54,857 nt of DNA, taken from a virus (lineage: Duplodnaviria; Caudoviricetes). The stretch lies in IMG/VR virus record IMGVR_UViG_3300037635_001739, positions 1 through 54,857 of that record; one strand, written 5' to 3'. Position 1 is the first letter of the stretch. Each line of letters starts with the position of its first letter. The translations under genes were made by a program, and so were the position numbers. Under the pieces are notes generated by a model that was not told where the DNA came from, did not search any database, and was given only the letters and a program-made list of their open reading frames with translations. Below are positions 47,320 through 54,461 of this stretch, one piece after another.

Positions 47320-47352
47320 TATTATCTTTATAGTTACGTATTCTATCTGCAA
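47320..47352 (-). promoter_or_regulatory. Class 1 phage promoter TTGCA-N5-AAYACG-N10-GATAATA
   Basis: One of 4 intergenic copies with identical spacing; upstream of ATG 47301. Confidence 0.75.
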
Positions 47353-47418
47353 CTAGACATCATCCATCCAAAGCCATATAGCCAAGGAAATCATAGCTAA
47401 TACTATTCCTATTAACAT
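47353..47418 (-). CDS. Possible 21-aa membrane peptide
   Basis: MLIGIVLAMISLAIWLWMDDV*; start overlaps the upstream stop. Confidence 0.4.
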   Translation of the reverse strand: MLIGIVLAMISLAIWLWMDDV

Positions 47419-47675
47419 TAGTCTAGTAGTACCATGTAAGCTTCCGGATTTGTTTTGCGGAACCAACTACATGCTTTGTTAAATTGGTTAATAAGTTTGT
47501 TATCTCTGTTGGTGTACATTACTACTTCGCATCCTTTTATGAAATCATACATAGATAACTCTAGGTTATTTAATCTTATAGATTCTCCAGAAAACGGGTT
47601 TTCCACATCAGCGCCATGGGGATATAACTTACCCCCACCTTTAGTAAACCATTTAGGTAATTCTTGATCTTTCAT
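47418..47675 (-). CDS. Hypothetical protein
   Basis: 85 aa (NPFSGE...ELSMYD...WFRKTNPEAYMVLLD). Confidence 0.7.
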   Translation of the reverse strand: MKDQELPKWFTKGGGKLYPHGADVENPFSGESIRLNNLELSMYDFIKGCEVVMYTNRDNKLINQFNKACSWFRKTNPEAYMVLLD

Positions 47676-47676
47676 A

Positions 47677-47904
47677 TTATAGTTTTGTAAAATTAAAGTT
47701 TAAAGTTTTTATTATGGTATTTATAAAGTTACCGGCTGAGGGGGCAGCTCTTAGTCCTTCCCATACAAATTTGGGTACGTCGTAATAGTCATAAGCATAG
47801 CCGTTAGTAAACATTACAAATAATGTTTTAGTTCTGTGGTAGTACGTCGCATATTGGATCGCACTGGATTCGACAATAAAGTCTTCTTTTAGTATTGTAC
47901 TCAT
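47677..47904 (-). CDS. KTSC-domain protein
   Basis: VESSAI...Y...TLFVMF.NG..YDYYDVP...L..APSAGNFIN..IK. Confidence 0.85.
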   Translation of the reverse strand: MSTILKEDFIVESSAIQYATYYHRTKTLFVMFTNGYAYDYYDVPKFVWEGLRAAPSAGNFINTIIKTLNFNFTKL

Positions 47905-47907
47905 AGG

Positions 47908-48390
47908 TTATTCGAATTGCGAAGCGCAGGTGTATAGCACTTCTTTGTTAGTATTAGCACAGTGTGCTTTCTCATTAATATAATAGTTACGGTATGCAGC
48001 AACAGAATCGTTTTCAACTTTGTATTCATCAGGCATACATTGAGGCATTTCAGTAGGACCAATATTAAATATAGGACCGGGTGTTTGTGACAATACGTCG
48101 CGACATTTAGCTATAGTTAAGTGTTCTTTACCATAACGCTTTTTGTATTCTTCACCAAGAGCCATCATGTGAAAGTACAACCAAGCGTAATTAGATCTTG
48201 ATGTTCGTACCCACACGGCAGATGGATGGTTTTTATGCGTTAACTTGTAAGGAACATCGATTTCACTGTCAAGCATTATATGTGCAGAACAGAGTAGTTG
48301 AGCTGACTCAAGGATCATTTTAACAACGTGCTTGTTGTATTGTAATTGTGCAGCACGCTCAGGGTCGGAGTTTAAATAAAATATATTCAT
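47908..48390 (-). CDS. Pyrimidine-dimer DNA glycosylase (DenV/Pyr_excise-like)
   Basis: MNIFYL..DP..AA....KHVVKMILESAQLL...THKNHPSAVW...EYKKRYGK.H. Confidence 0.8.
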   Translation of the reverse strand: MNIFYLNSDPERAAQLQYNKHVVKMILESAQLLCSAHIMLDSEIDVPYKLTHKNHPSAVWVRTSRSNYAWLYFHMMALGEEYKKRYGKEHLTIAKCRDVLSQTPGPIFNIGPTEMPQCMPDEYKVENDSVAAYRNYYINEKAHCANTNKEVLYTCASQFE

Positions 48391-48395
48391 ACAGT

Positions 48396-48428
48396 TATTA
48401 TCTTTAGAGTTACGTATTTAGTCTGCAA
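48396..48428 (-). promoter_or_regulatory. Class 1 phage promoter
   Basis: TTGCA-GACTA-AATACG-N10-GATAATA; ends 5 nt before ATG 48390, so the transcript may be nearly leaderless. Confidence 0.75.
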
Positions 48429-48429
48429 C

Positions 48430-49008
48430 TTAAACAGTTGGTTTTGGTAATGGATTATCAGGATCGATATTTAATTGCTCTTTAGTAAGAGTTATTTGAT
48501 CCAGTAACTCATTGTATTTACCATCATCATTGTGGCGCATTATAGCTTCCTGACACATATCTAACATACGTACTACTTTAATTGGCCAGGCATAACCGGC
48601 TTCAATCAAATTATTTTCAACTTCGGCGTATACATCGTCGTATACTGTTTCACACATATCTTCGATAGCCTCGTTGATCGTAGCTTCTTCGTCGCAGTAT
48701 ATAGACAGACCGTTGCGTATAGCATCTTGTACTTCGCTAACAATATAGGTATTGTGTTCGGAGTAATAAACATCCTCAGCAATGTTTATACTATTAGGAT
48801 TGTGTGTACATATCCATACAGAATAGCCATCACGTGTAGATTCTTCATACACATATAGATCTTGATCAGTCCAGTGGTCGTCAACACGTGCACCGTAATG
48901 ATCTAGCACAAGTTGTTTGAAGTCACCATCTTGTTCGCTTATTTGTTTTTCGCTAAAGCCTAACTCGTGTAGCTTAGCTTCCATTAATTCAGGGGTAATT
49001 AGTTTCAT
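48430..49008 (-). CDS. Acidic hypothetical protein
   Basis: 192-aa ORF downstream of a class 1 promoter. Confidence 0.7.
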   Translation of the reverse strand: MKLITPELMEAKLHELGFSEKQISEQDGDFKQLVLDHYGARVDDHWTDQDLYVYEESTRDGYSVWICTHNPNSINIAEDVYYSEHNTYIVSEVQDAIRNGLSIYCDEEATINEAIEDMCETVYDDVYAEVENNLIEAGYAWPIKVVRMLDMCQEAIMRHNDDGKYNELLDQITLTKEQLNIDPDNPLPKPTV

Positions 49009-49033
49009 ATTTATTATATTTAAAGGTTTATTA

Positions 49034-49066
49034 TATTATCTTTTGGTTGTCGTGTTCTGTCTGCAA
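49034..49066 (-). promoter_or_regulatory. Class 1 phage promoter
   Basis: TTGCA-GACAG-AACACG-N10-GATAATA. Confidence 0.7.
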
Positions 49067-49125
49067 AGAATGACTTATCATACCTTATCGGGTATAATAC
49101 GGGTTAATGTATCATATATTATACC

Positions 49126-49449
49126 CTATTGGGTATGAGCATTATCTTGCAGTATATCGATAGCGCGATCAAAGCCTACGCCCGTGTAACCAGACCTACC
49201 TGGTAACATTGATAAATTAGTGTTATTAAAATTATCAAGTGCATCAAGTATGTACTCGTATATTTCTTTTTCTTTTTGTTCGCTATCAAGTATTAATCGC
49301 TGTTCTTCTTCAGTTATACCGCCATATATTCTATTTTTTAACGCTTTTTTAGCATCTTCAATAGAGAACATAATGTTTACCAGTTTGGCTTCGATCTTGT
49401 CGGTGGCCAAAGTGTGTATAGCAGGGTAGAAATTATTTTCTTCATTCAT
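49126..49449 (-). CDS. Hypothetical protein
   Basis: 107-aa ORF with A-rich leader. Confidence 0.6.
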   Translation of the reverse strand: MNEENNFYPAIHTLATDKIEAKLVNIMFSIEDAKKALKNRIYGGITEEEQRLILDSEQKEKEIYEYILDALDNFNNTNLSMLPGRSGYTGVGFDRAIDILQDNAHTQ

Positions 49450-49725
49450 AGGTTTATTTGTTATTATTTTGGTTAATAATTTGTAAAATTTGGTTGAAGT
49501 AGCGATCTGCTAATTCGTCAGTTTCGTAATTCATAATATTATTTATTTAGTTGTTAAAAATTTTATATATTAAGTATATACTACTTATATATGATATTGT
49601 TATCGTTAGTATTATTATTGTATCCATAGTTATTTATTTAATTGGTTTTAATAATATTTTCAATACACCCGCGTTATCATGGGTTATCGCCCGTAGCCTA
49701 AAAGGTTAACGAGTGTATTGATTAG

Positions 49726-49835
49726 TGGATAGCGGGGGAATCGAACCCCCATACTTTTTAGTAGTAAGTGCTTCAGGTCTCTGGCTTTGAACAGTATTCA
49801 AAGGTGCTTGTACCAATAGCGCTCCATACCTATCC
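49726..49835 (-). ncRNA. Oversized tRNA-like RNA (~110 nt)
   Basis: 5' GGATAG pairs with 3' CTATCC-A; perfect T-arm GGGGG-TTCGATT-CCCCC; D-like loop with GG; hairpin CTTTGA-ATACTGT-TCAAAG. Confidence 0.6.
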
Positions 49836-50098
49836 GATCGTAGACATTTGCTAGCAGCTTAAAGAAAGCGCTCGGTTATTTATTCGCTACGATAATGTGT
49901 GGCTGGTTTCTTCTTAAGACATTTAATAAACACTAATCCCAGTGTATCACCACTTAATATTTTATGTACTACACGGCAATGTACATTGATCACATTTTCG
50001 CCGAACCACAAAGGGCTGTGAACTAACTAATAAATAATAAACTATAGGGTTATTTGCGTATAGCATACGCCGCCGCCCGGGCACAGTCAGTTAAAAAT

Positions 50099-50290
50099 TT
50101 ATTTAATTTCTTCATATTCATTTATTGATTCGGTTAATGTATTCATTCGTCTTCTTAAGTACTTAAGATCTATCTCGCTAATAATGTTATCAGGGTTAGC
50201 TAATATGTCTTTGGTTATGTAGTCTAATAAAAACTTACCGCGATAAACAGATTGTAGTAATGTAGTGTATTCTTTAGTTGTAATTTGCAT
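50099..50290 (-). CDS. Hypothetical protein
   Basis: 63 aa; AACTATG start; downstream of a class 1 promoter. Confidence 0.6.
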   Translation of the reverse strand: MQITTKEYTTLLQSVYRGKFLLDYITKDILANPDNIISEIDLKYLRRRMNTLTESINEYEEIK

Positions 50291-50315
50291 AGTTATATTA
50301 TTTTAAATTCATATA

Positions 50316-50348
50316 TATTATCTTATGTAGTACGTATTCAAATTGCAA
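50316..50348 (-). promoter_or_regulatory. Class 1 phage promoter
   Basis: TTGCA-ATTTG-AATACG-N10-GATAATA. Confidence 0.75.
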
Positions 50349-50350
50349 CG

Positions 50351-50542
50351 CTATAGATCTTTCTTGCGTATCCAGGTTAAACCTTTGTAATTGAACCACT
50401 TAGTTATACCGTCTCGATCTTCAGCGTCGTCGTATATATAGGCAAACTTGTTTGGTAGGTTAGCTAGATCGAAGCCAACGTGAATATCACCGTTTAATTT
50501 TAACTCTTTTTTAGTGCGTGAGAATTTTATAGTATTTTCCAT
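50351..50542 (-). CDS. Hypothetical early protein
   Basis: 63 aa; AAACTATG start. Confidence 0.65.
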   Translation of the reverse strand: MENTIKFSRTKKELKLNGDIHVGFDLANLPNKFAYIYDDAEDRDGITKWFNYKGLTWIRKKDL

Positions 50543-50545
50543 AGT

Positions 50546-50884
50546 TTATTTTAGTTCTTCGTTAATAATGTCTTTGAATTTATTAGATACTCTGAGTTCA
50601 ATTAATTTTTCGGCTTCGGTACATACATCCTTTTGAAGTTTATGAAGTTTATCTTCACCATATAGTTTAGTATATAGATCGCGGAATCCCTCGGATTTAA
50701 CGGGTTCACCGTTTAATAGCCAATCAATTTCACAATCCATAGCGTCAGTTTTAAAACCACCATCTTTTGTTGGATATACGTAAGTATATACAGTTATATT
50801 TGCGGATATTAGAGAATCGACGTGTATAGCAACGTTAGCGTTAACGTTAAAACTTATATAGTCATTTAAGTGTACTGCTTTCAT
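50546..50884 (-). CDS. Hypothetical early protein
   Basis: 112 aa; AAACTATG start. Confidence 0.65.
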   Translation of the reverse strand: MKAVHLNDYISFNVNANVAIHVDSLISANITVYTYVYPTKDGGFKTDAMDCEIDWLLNGEPVKSEGFRDLYTKLYGEDKLHKLQKDVCTEAEKLIELRVSNKFKDIINEELK

Positions 50885-50887
50885 AGT

Positions 50888-51094
50888 TTATTTATTTAAA
50901 GTGTTTATAATATTTTTTATAGTTTTATTAGTAATTAATTCTAGCATGTCATAGTAGTCGTCGCCATCAAGGTCGATGCCTGCATATTCCAGTTGATGAC
51001 TTATAGTATAAACCATATAATCTATGGTTACTTCAGCGATTTGTTGCGCTAAAATACCTGCGTTGTTGGATAATTGCTCGTTAGTTGTAGTCAT
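50888..51094 (-). CDS. Hypothetical early protein
   Basis: 68-aa ORF in a tightly packed operon. Confidence 0.6.
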   Translation of the reverse strand: MTTTNEQLSNNAGILAQQIAEVTIDYMVYTISHQLEYAGIDLDGDDYYDMLELITNKTIKNIINTLNK

Positions 51095-51218
51095 TATATT
51101 CGTTCATTACATTAGAAATTTGTTCTTTAGTTAGTGACCAATAGCTGATACCTGGGTATAGTCGGTCGGCGATTTGAAACATTTGTGTTGCGCTCATAGT
51201 TTTATTAGTTTTATAGGT

Positions 51219-51410
51219 TTATAATTCTTCAGTTAAGTGATCAAGGGCTAATTGGTAGCCATAGTTTTTTGCCATTTGCATTAGTAAAAAGTCGTTTGTA
51301 CCGTTATTTGCTTTAGCGAAGGCTTCTAGGTAATTTTCGGTTGGCGTGGCAACAATACCACGATCTAACATTTGTTGTTTGGTTGATATAAAGTCTTGTA
51401 TAATTTTCAT
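51219..51410 (-). CDS. Hypothetical early protein
   Basis: 63 aa; AAACTATG start. Confidence 0.6.
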   Translation of the reverse strand: MKIIQDFISTKQQMLDRGIVATPTENYLEAFAKANNGTNDFLLMQMAKNYGYQLALDHLTEEL

Positions 51411-51649
51411 AGTTTTATTGAGGTTTTAGGGTTAAAAAATTGCATTTTAGGTCGTATTTCATCTAGTATAACACCACATGGATCAGTTAATTGATGGTAG
51501 CACTGATCAAAACAGTCGCTTAAGTATTTAACTTGCTCAGGTGTGAATGGTGGATCAATTTGAGTGAGATCATCTTCAGGGTGAACAAAGGGGTAAAGGT
51601 GTTGCATTGTAGTTAAAAACTGAATGGCTTGGTTTTTTGTAGTAATCAT
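51407..51649 (-). CDS. Hypothetical early protein
   Basis: 80 aa; AAACTATG start; downstream of a class 2 promoter. Confidence 0.6.
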   Translation of the reverse strand: MITTKNQAIQFLTTMQHLYPFVHPEDDLTQIDPPFTPEQVKYLSDCFDQCYHQLTDPCGVILDEIRPKMQFFNPKTSIKL

Positions 51650-51683
51650 AGTTTATAGTATTTATTATTATTAATTTCAGTAT

Positions 51684-51706
51684 TATTATATATTATATGT
51701 CGTTTT
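51684..51706 (-). promoter_or_regulatory. Class 2 (early) promoter AAAACG-N10-TATAATA
   Basis: One of 6 intergenic copies with identical spacing. Confidence 0.7.
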
Positions 51707-52005
51707 TAATATTTCGCTCTAATTTGGTCAGCACTACAATATGCCCACATTACTTTGTTTATGAAGGACACACGGTCAACCGATTTTTGCTCGATCGGAA
51801 AGGTGTATAGCATGGTTTCATAAAATTCCATTAGTCCGGGGTCATTATCGGCATAGTTGTGTTTGAATACATCGTATTCGTCACCTTGCATGAAACTCAT
51901 ACCGAGTATTTTATAGTCTTCGTTGTATTCTAGGTATATCCACCGATCATTCTTTTCACACCAAATGTGTTCTACTTTAGTTACTTTATTATTCTTCATA
52001 TTCAT
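51706..52005 (-). CDS. Hypothetical early protein
   Basis: 99 aa; AAACTATG start. Confidence 0.65.
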   Translation of the reverse strand: MNMKNNKVTKVEHIWCEKNDRWIYLEYNEDYKILGMSFMQGDEYDVFKHNYADNDPGLMEFYETMLYTFPIEQKSVDRVSFINKVMWAYCSADQIRAKY

Positions 52006-52008
52006 AGT

Positions 52009-52170
52009 TTAATTATTTTTTATTTTAGTTCTTGCAGTATTCACCGCTTCCATTCTTAACTTGTAAGTGTCTTCGGTTATACAACCGTCTAGTTCGATAG
52101 CTTCAAGGTGTTCTTCCATGTGATCGAGTGCTACCAAGATCACATTTTGTTCATAGTTACTCAGTTTCAT
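52009..52170 (-). CDS. Small early protein (53 aa)
   Basis: MKLSNYEQNVILVALDHMEEHL...; fills the gap between neighbours. Confidence 0.6.
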   Translation of the reverse strand: MKLSNYEQNVILVALDHMEEHLEAIELDGCITEDTYKLRMEAVNTARTKIKNN

Positions 52171-52173
52171 AGT

Positions 52174-52452
52174 CTACTTATTTTGACAGTTTTTAAGGTC
52201 GAAGTTGTATAGCATACGTAGTCGATCTAGTCCGTTAGGTACTAATGTTCTAGTGTAATAGTAGTTATCACGGTTTTTATTATAGTGTTTAACTTTAGTG
52301 TTAATTTGGTAGAGTTTTACACCACGTCTTCTGAAGTGTGGTTGATCTTTGCAACTCACTCTAACGTAACCGGACTTGTAGGTGTAACCTAATCGACCGT
52401 CACTCATTTCACATTTAATTGTACCGTTTTTACTGATGTTTAATACTTTCAT
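52174..52452 (-). CDS. Basic hypothetical early protein
   Basis: 92 aa; AAACTATG start. Confidence 0.65.
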   Translation of the reverse strand: MKVLNISKNGTIKCEMSDGRLGYTYKSGYVRVSCKDQPHFRRRGVKLYQINTKVKHYNKNRDNYYYTRTLVPNGLDRLRMLYNFDLKNCQNK

Positions 52453-52484
52453 AGTTTATTATATTTAATTATTATTATTTACTT

Positions 52485-52507
52485 TATTATATATTTATTA
52501 TCGTTTT
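52485..52507 (-). promoter_or_regulatory. Class 2 promoter
   Basis: AAAACG-N10-TATAATA. Confidence 0.7.
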
Positions 52508-52509
52508 TA

Positions 52510-52665
52510 TTATATTATATTTAACTCCATTAATATGGATTCTTCTATATCTTCTTCAAGAAACATGTCACTATCATATTCTAGTTTCATAGTTTCTATT
52601 AATTCTTCTATCTCCCGTAATCTACCGGGATATTGTAGTTCGATTTGACTTTGTATTCTATTCAT
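52510..52665 (-). CDS. Small acidic early protein (51 aa)
   Basis: MNRIQSQIELQYPGRLREIEELIE... Confidence 0.5.
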   Translation of the reverse strand: MNRIQSQIELQYPGRLREIEELIETMKLEYDSDMFLEEDIEESILMELNII

Positions 52666-52834
52666 ATACTGTTTCTATTAGGTCATTTACTAAGTCTTCT
52701 TCAGTTTCCCCGTCTTCCGGTATACAGTCAAGTTCTACAAATTCTTTAATTCTTTGTTCGATCTTTTCTCTACCTTCATAGAAAGATTCGAATTTAAAGT
52801 GTTGCACCGTTTCTTCATTCCAATTGTACTTCAT
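52658..52834 (-). CDS. Small acidic early protein (58 aa)
   Basis: MKYNWNEETVQHF...PEDGETEEDLVNDLIETVYE*; AACTATG start. Confidence 0.6.
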   Translation of the reverse strand: MKYNWNEETVQHFKFESFYEGREKIEQRIKEFVELDCIPEDGETEEDLVNDLIETVYE

Positions 52835-52848
52835 AGTTATAGTTTTAA

Positions 52849-52989
52849 TTAATTAATAAATTCTTGTTCTTTAGCGTATTCTAGAGTATTTATAGCGATT
52901 TCTATATCGTCAGAGATCGGTTGACAACCCAATTCTTCGGTTGCATTCATACACATAGTTAATAAAGTTTTAATTTCAGAGTAATTCAT
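52849..52989 (-). CDS. Small early protein (46 aa)
   Basis: MNYSEIKTLLTMCMNATEELG...; AACTATG start. Confidence 0.55.
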   Translation of the reverse strand: MNYSEIKTLLTMCMNATEELGCQPISDDIEIAINTLEYAKEQEFIN

Positions 52990-53024
52990 AGTTATTATAT
53001 TTATAGTTATTAATTATTTAAATT

Positions 53025-53047
53025 TATTATATATTTATAGTCGTTTT
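53025..53047 (-). promoter_or_regulatory. Class 2 promoter
   Basis: AAAACG-N10-TATAATA. Confidence 0.7.
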
Positions 53048-53316
53048 TGTTATTTTACTTTGTGACAAGGCATTTGTAGTCACTTGTAAACACTTATATT
53101 CTCTTATTACCTAAAATAATTCTTTAAATACTGTAGTTTTACCCAAAAGTACGTAATTATAATAGTATTTATAAAAAACTCTAGTTATTAGTGTAACTTT
53201 ATTAGTATAGTTAAATTATAGTACACTACTAATAGAGAGTGTCTTCACTCTACTATCTTAAGTTTTAAACAACTATACTTTAGTTTATTACTTAAATTAC
53301 TCTAATGGGAACCGTT

Positions 53317-53532
53317 TTAACAACAATTACATCGATCCCACTCTTTACCGTTTCTACATGTTTCACCTAAGACTTCTAAATCTAAGAATTCACGGTGATA
53401 AAACTCTATTAACTCTGTTGTAGTGAACTTCTTCCTCCACTGGGTTGTCTGTTCGATCCAGTGATAGTCACCGCATTTCTCTACATTTCCGTCATTCATC
53501 CATTCTAACATTTCTTTAGTTACTTCATACAT
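53317..53532 (-). CDS. Hypothetical early protein with Cys-rich C-terminus
   Basis: 71 aa ending TCRNGKEWDRCNCC. Confidence 0.65.
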   Translation of the reverse strand: MYEVTKEMLEWMNDGNVEKCGDYHWIEQTTQWRKKFTTTELIEFYHREFLDLEVLGETCRNGKEWDRCNCC

Positions 53533-53573
53533 AGTTATATTATTTAATTATTAGTATTTATTAATTTCAATAT

Positions 53574-53596
53574 TATTATATATATTCTATCGTTTT
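53574..53596 (-). promoter_or_regulatory. Class 2 promoter abutting a GTGTATAGCA box (53597-53606)
   Basis: Contiguous GTGTATAGCA-AAAACG-N10-TATAATA. Confidence 0.7.
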
Positions 53597-53731
53597 TGCT
53601 ATACACACGTACTCTGTTTTGCGGTGGAATCTCGATCTTTTTAGCTAAAATACGGTGATTTTGACTAAAGAACATAGGTATGCTATACACGCGGTGTAGA
53701 TTACCGCATGTTACAGTCCGTTTTGGACTAC

Positions 53732-53863
53732 CTAGCCAATAATTAATTTATGGTGGTAGTCTCTGGCATACTCAATCATGCCCTCATCTGTAATATTACC
53801 CAGTAAATACTGGTTTAAGTTGTCAATCATAGCAATAGTTTCAATTTTGATCTGGTTATCCAT
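53732..53863 (-). CDS. Small early protein (43 aa)
   Basis: MDNQIKIETIAMIDNLNQYLLG... Confidence 0.45.
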   Translation of the reverse strand: MDNQIKIETIAMIDNLNQYLLGNITDEGMIEYARDYHHKLIIG

Positions 53864-53913
53864 AGGTATAGCATTTTAAGTTATTAATTATTAATTATTA
53901 GTTGGGCAAAAGC

Positions 53914-54231
53914 CTACTTTTCAGTAGACTTCTGTTCAACAATCTCAGCTAGATGTCTAACTGTGCTCGGTAGGTTAGTACTCTGCGACCAGTATTTGCG
54001 CTTAATCCAGCAGGCTTGCAGTTGTAGCTTAGGGAGCATAGCATTTAGTATTGTATCATGATTATAAGTAACTTTTTGATTTTTATTATTTATAAAAGTT
54101 ATTATTTGATTTCTACCGAGCCAACTTTCTCTCACTACAAAGTTTTTTCTTACAAGTGGCGGCCAGATTGCTGCTTTTTCTTTGTTTGACATTGTTTTTA
54201 GTGCTTTTTGCATAATTTCATTTGTGTTCAT
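53914..54231 (-). CDS. Hypothetical early protein
   Basis: 105 aa (RKNFVVRESWLGRNQIITF); downstream of two class 2 promoters. Confidence 0.7.
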   Translation of the reverse strand: MNTNEIMQKALKTMSNKEKAAIWPPLVRKNFVVRESWLGRNQIITFINNKNQKVTYNHDTILNAMLPKLQLQACWIKRKYWSQSTNLPSTVRHLAEIVEQKSTEK

Positions 54232-54278
54232 AATTTTTAGTTTTTAGTTTATTATTATTATTTAGTTATTTATATATA

Positions 54279-54301
54279 TATTATATTATATATATCGTTT
54301 T
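54279..54301 (-). promoter_or_regulatory. Class 2 promoter
   Basis: AAAACG-N10-TATAATA in an extremely AT-rich tract. Confidence 0.65.
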
Positions 54302-54391
54302 AGTTATTTTATATAAATTAATTAAATTTATTATTTTATTTTTTATAATTATTTTAATTATATTAATTATATTTATTATTAACTACATTTA

Positions 54392-54414
54392 TATTATATT
54401 TATAGTATCGTTTT
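54392..54414 (-). promoter_or_regulatory. Class 2 promoter abutting a GTGTATAGCA box
   Basis: Contiguous GTGTATAGCA-AAAACG-N10-TATAATA. Confidence 0.7.
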
Positions 54415-54461
54415 TGCTATACACAATGCTATACGCATTTGCCCACAAAAATGCTATACAC
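54415..54461 (-). repeat. Cluster of three GYGTATAGCA boxes
   Basis: TGCTATACAC 54415-54424, TGCTATACGC 54427-54436, TGCTATACAC 54452-54461. Confidence 0.85.

Noticed and set aside
49726-49835. tmRNA or a standard tRNA-Ser
   Set aside because: It lacks the G3.U70 alanine identity pair and has no room for a tag ORF. It is too long and irregular for a canonical tRNA, so it is kept only as tRNA-like.
54415-54461. TGCTATACAC(A) as host DnaA boxes
   Set aside because: It partly resembles TTATACACA, but the invariant part is TGCTATAC and the final A is not conserved. This points to a distinct motif.
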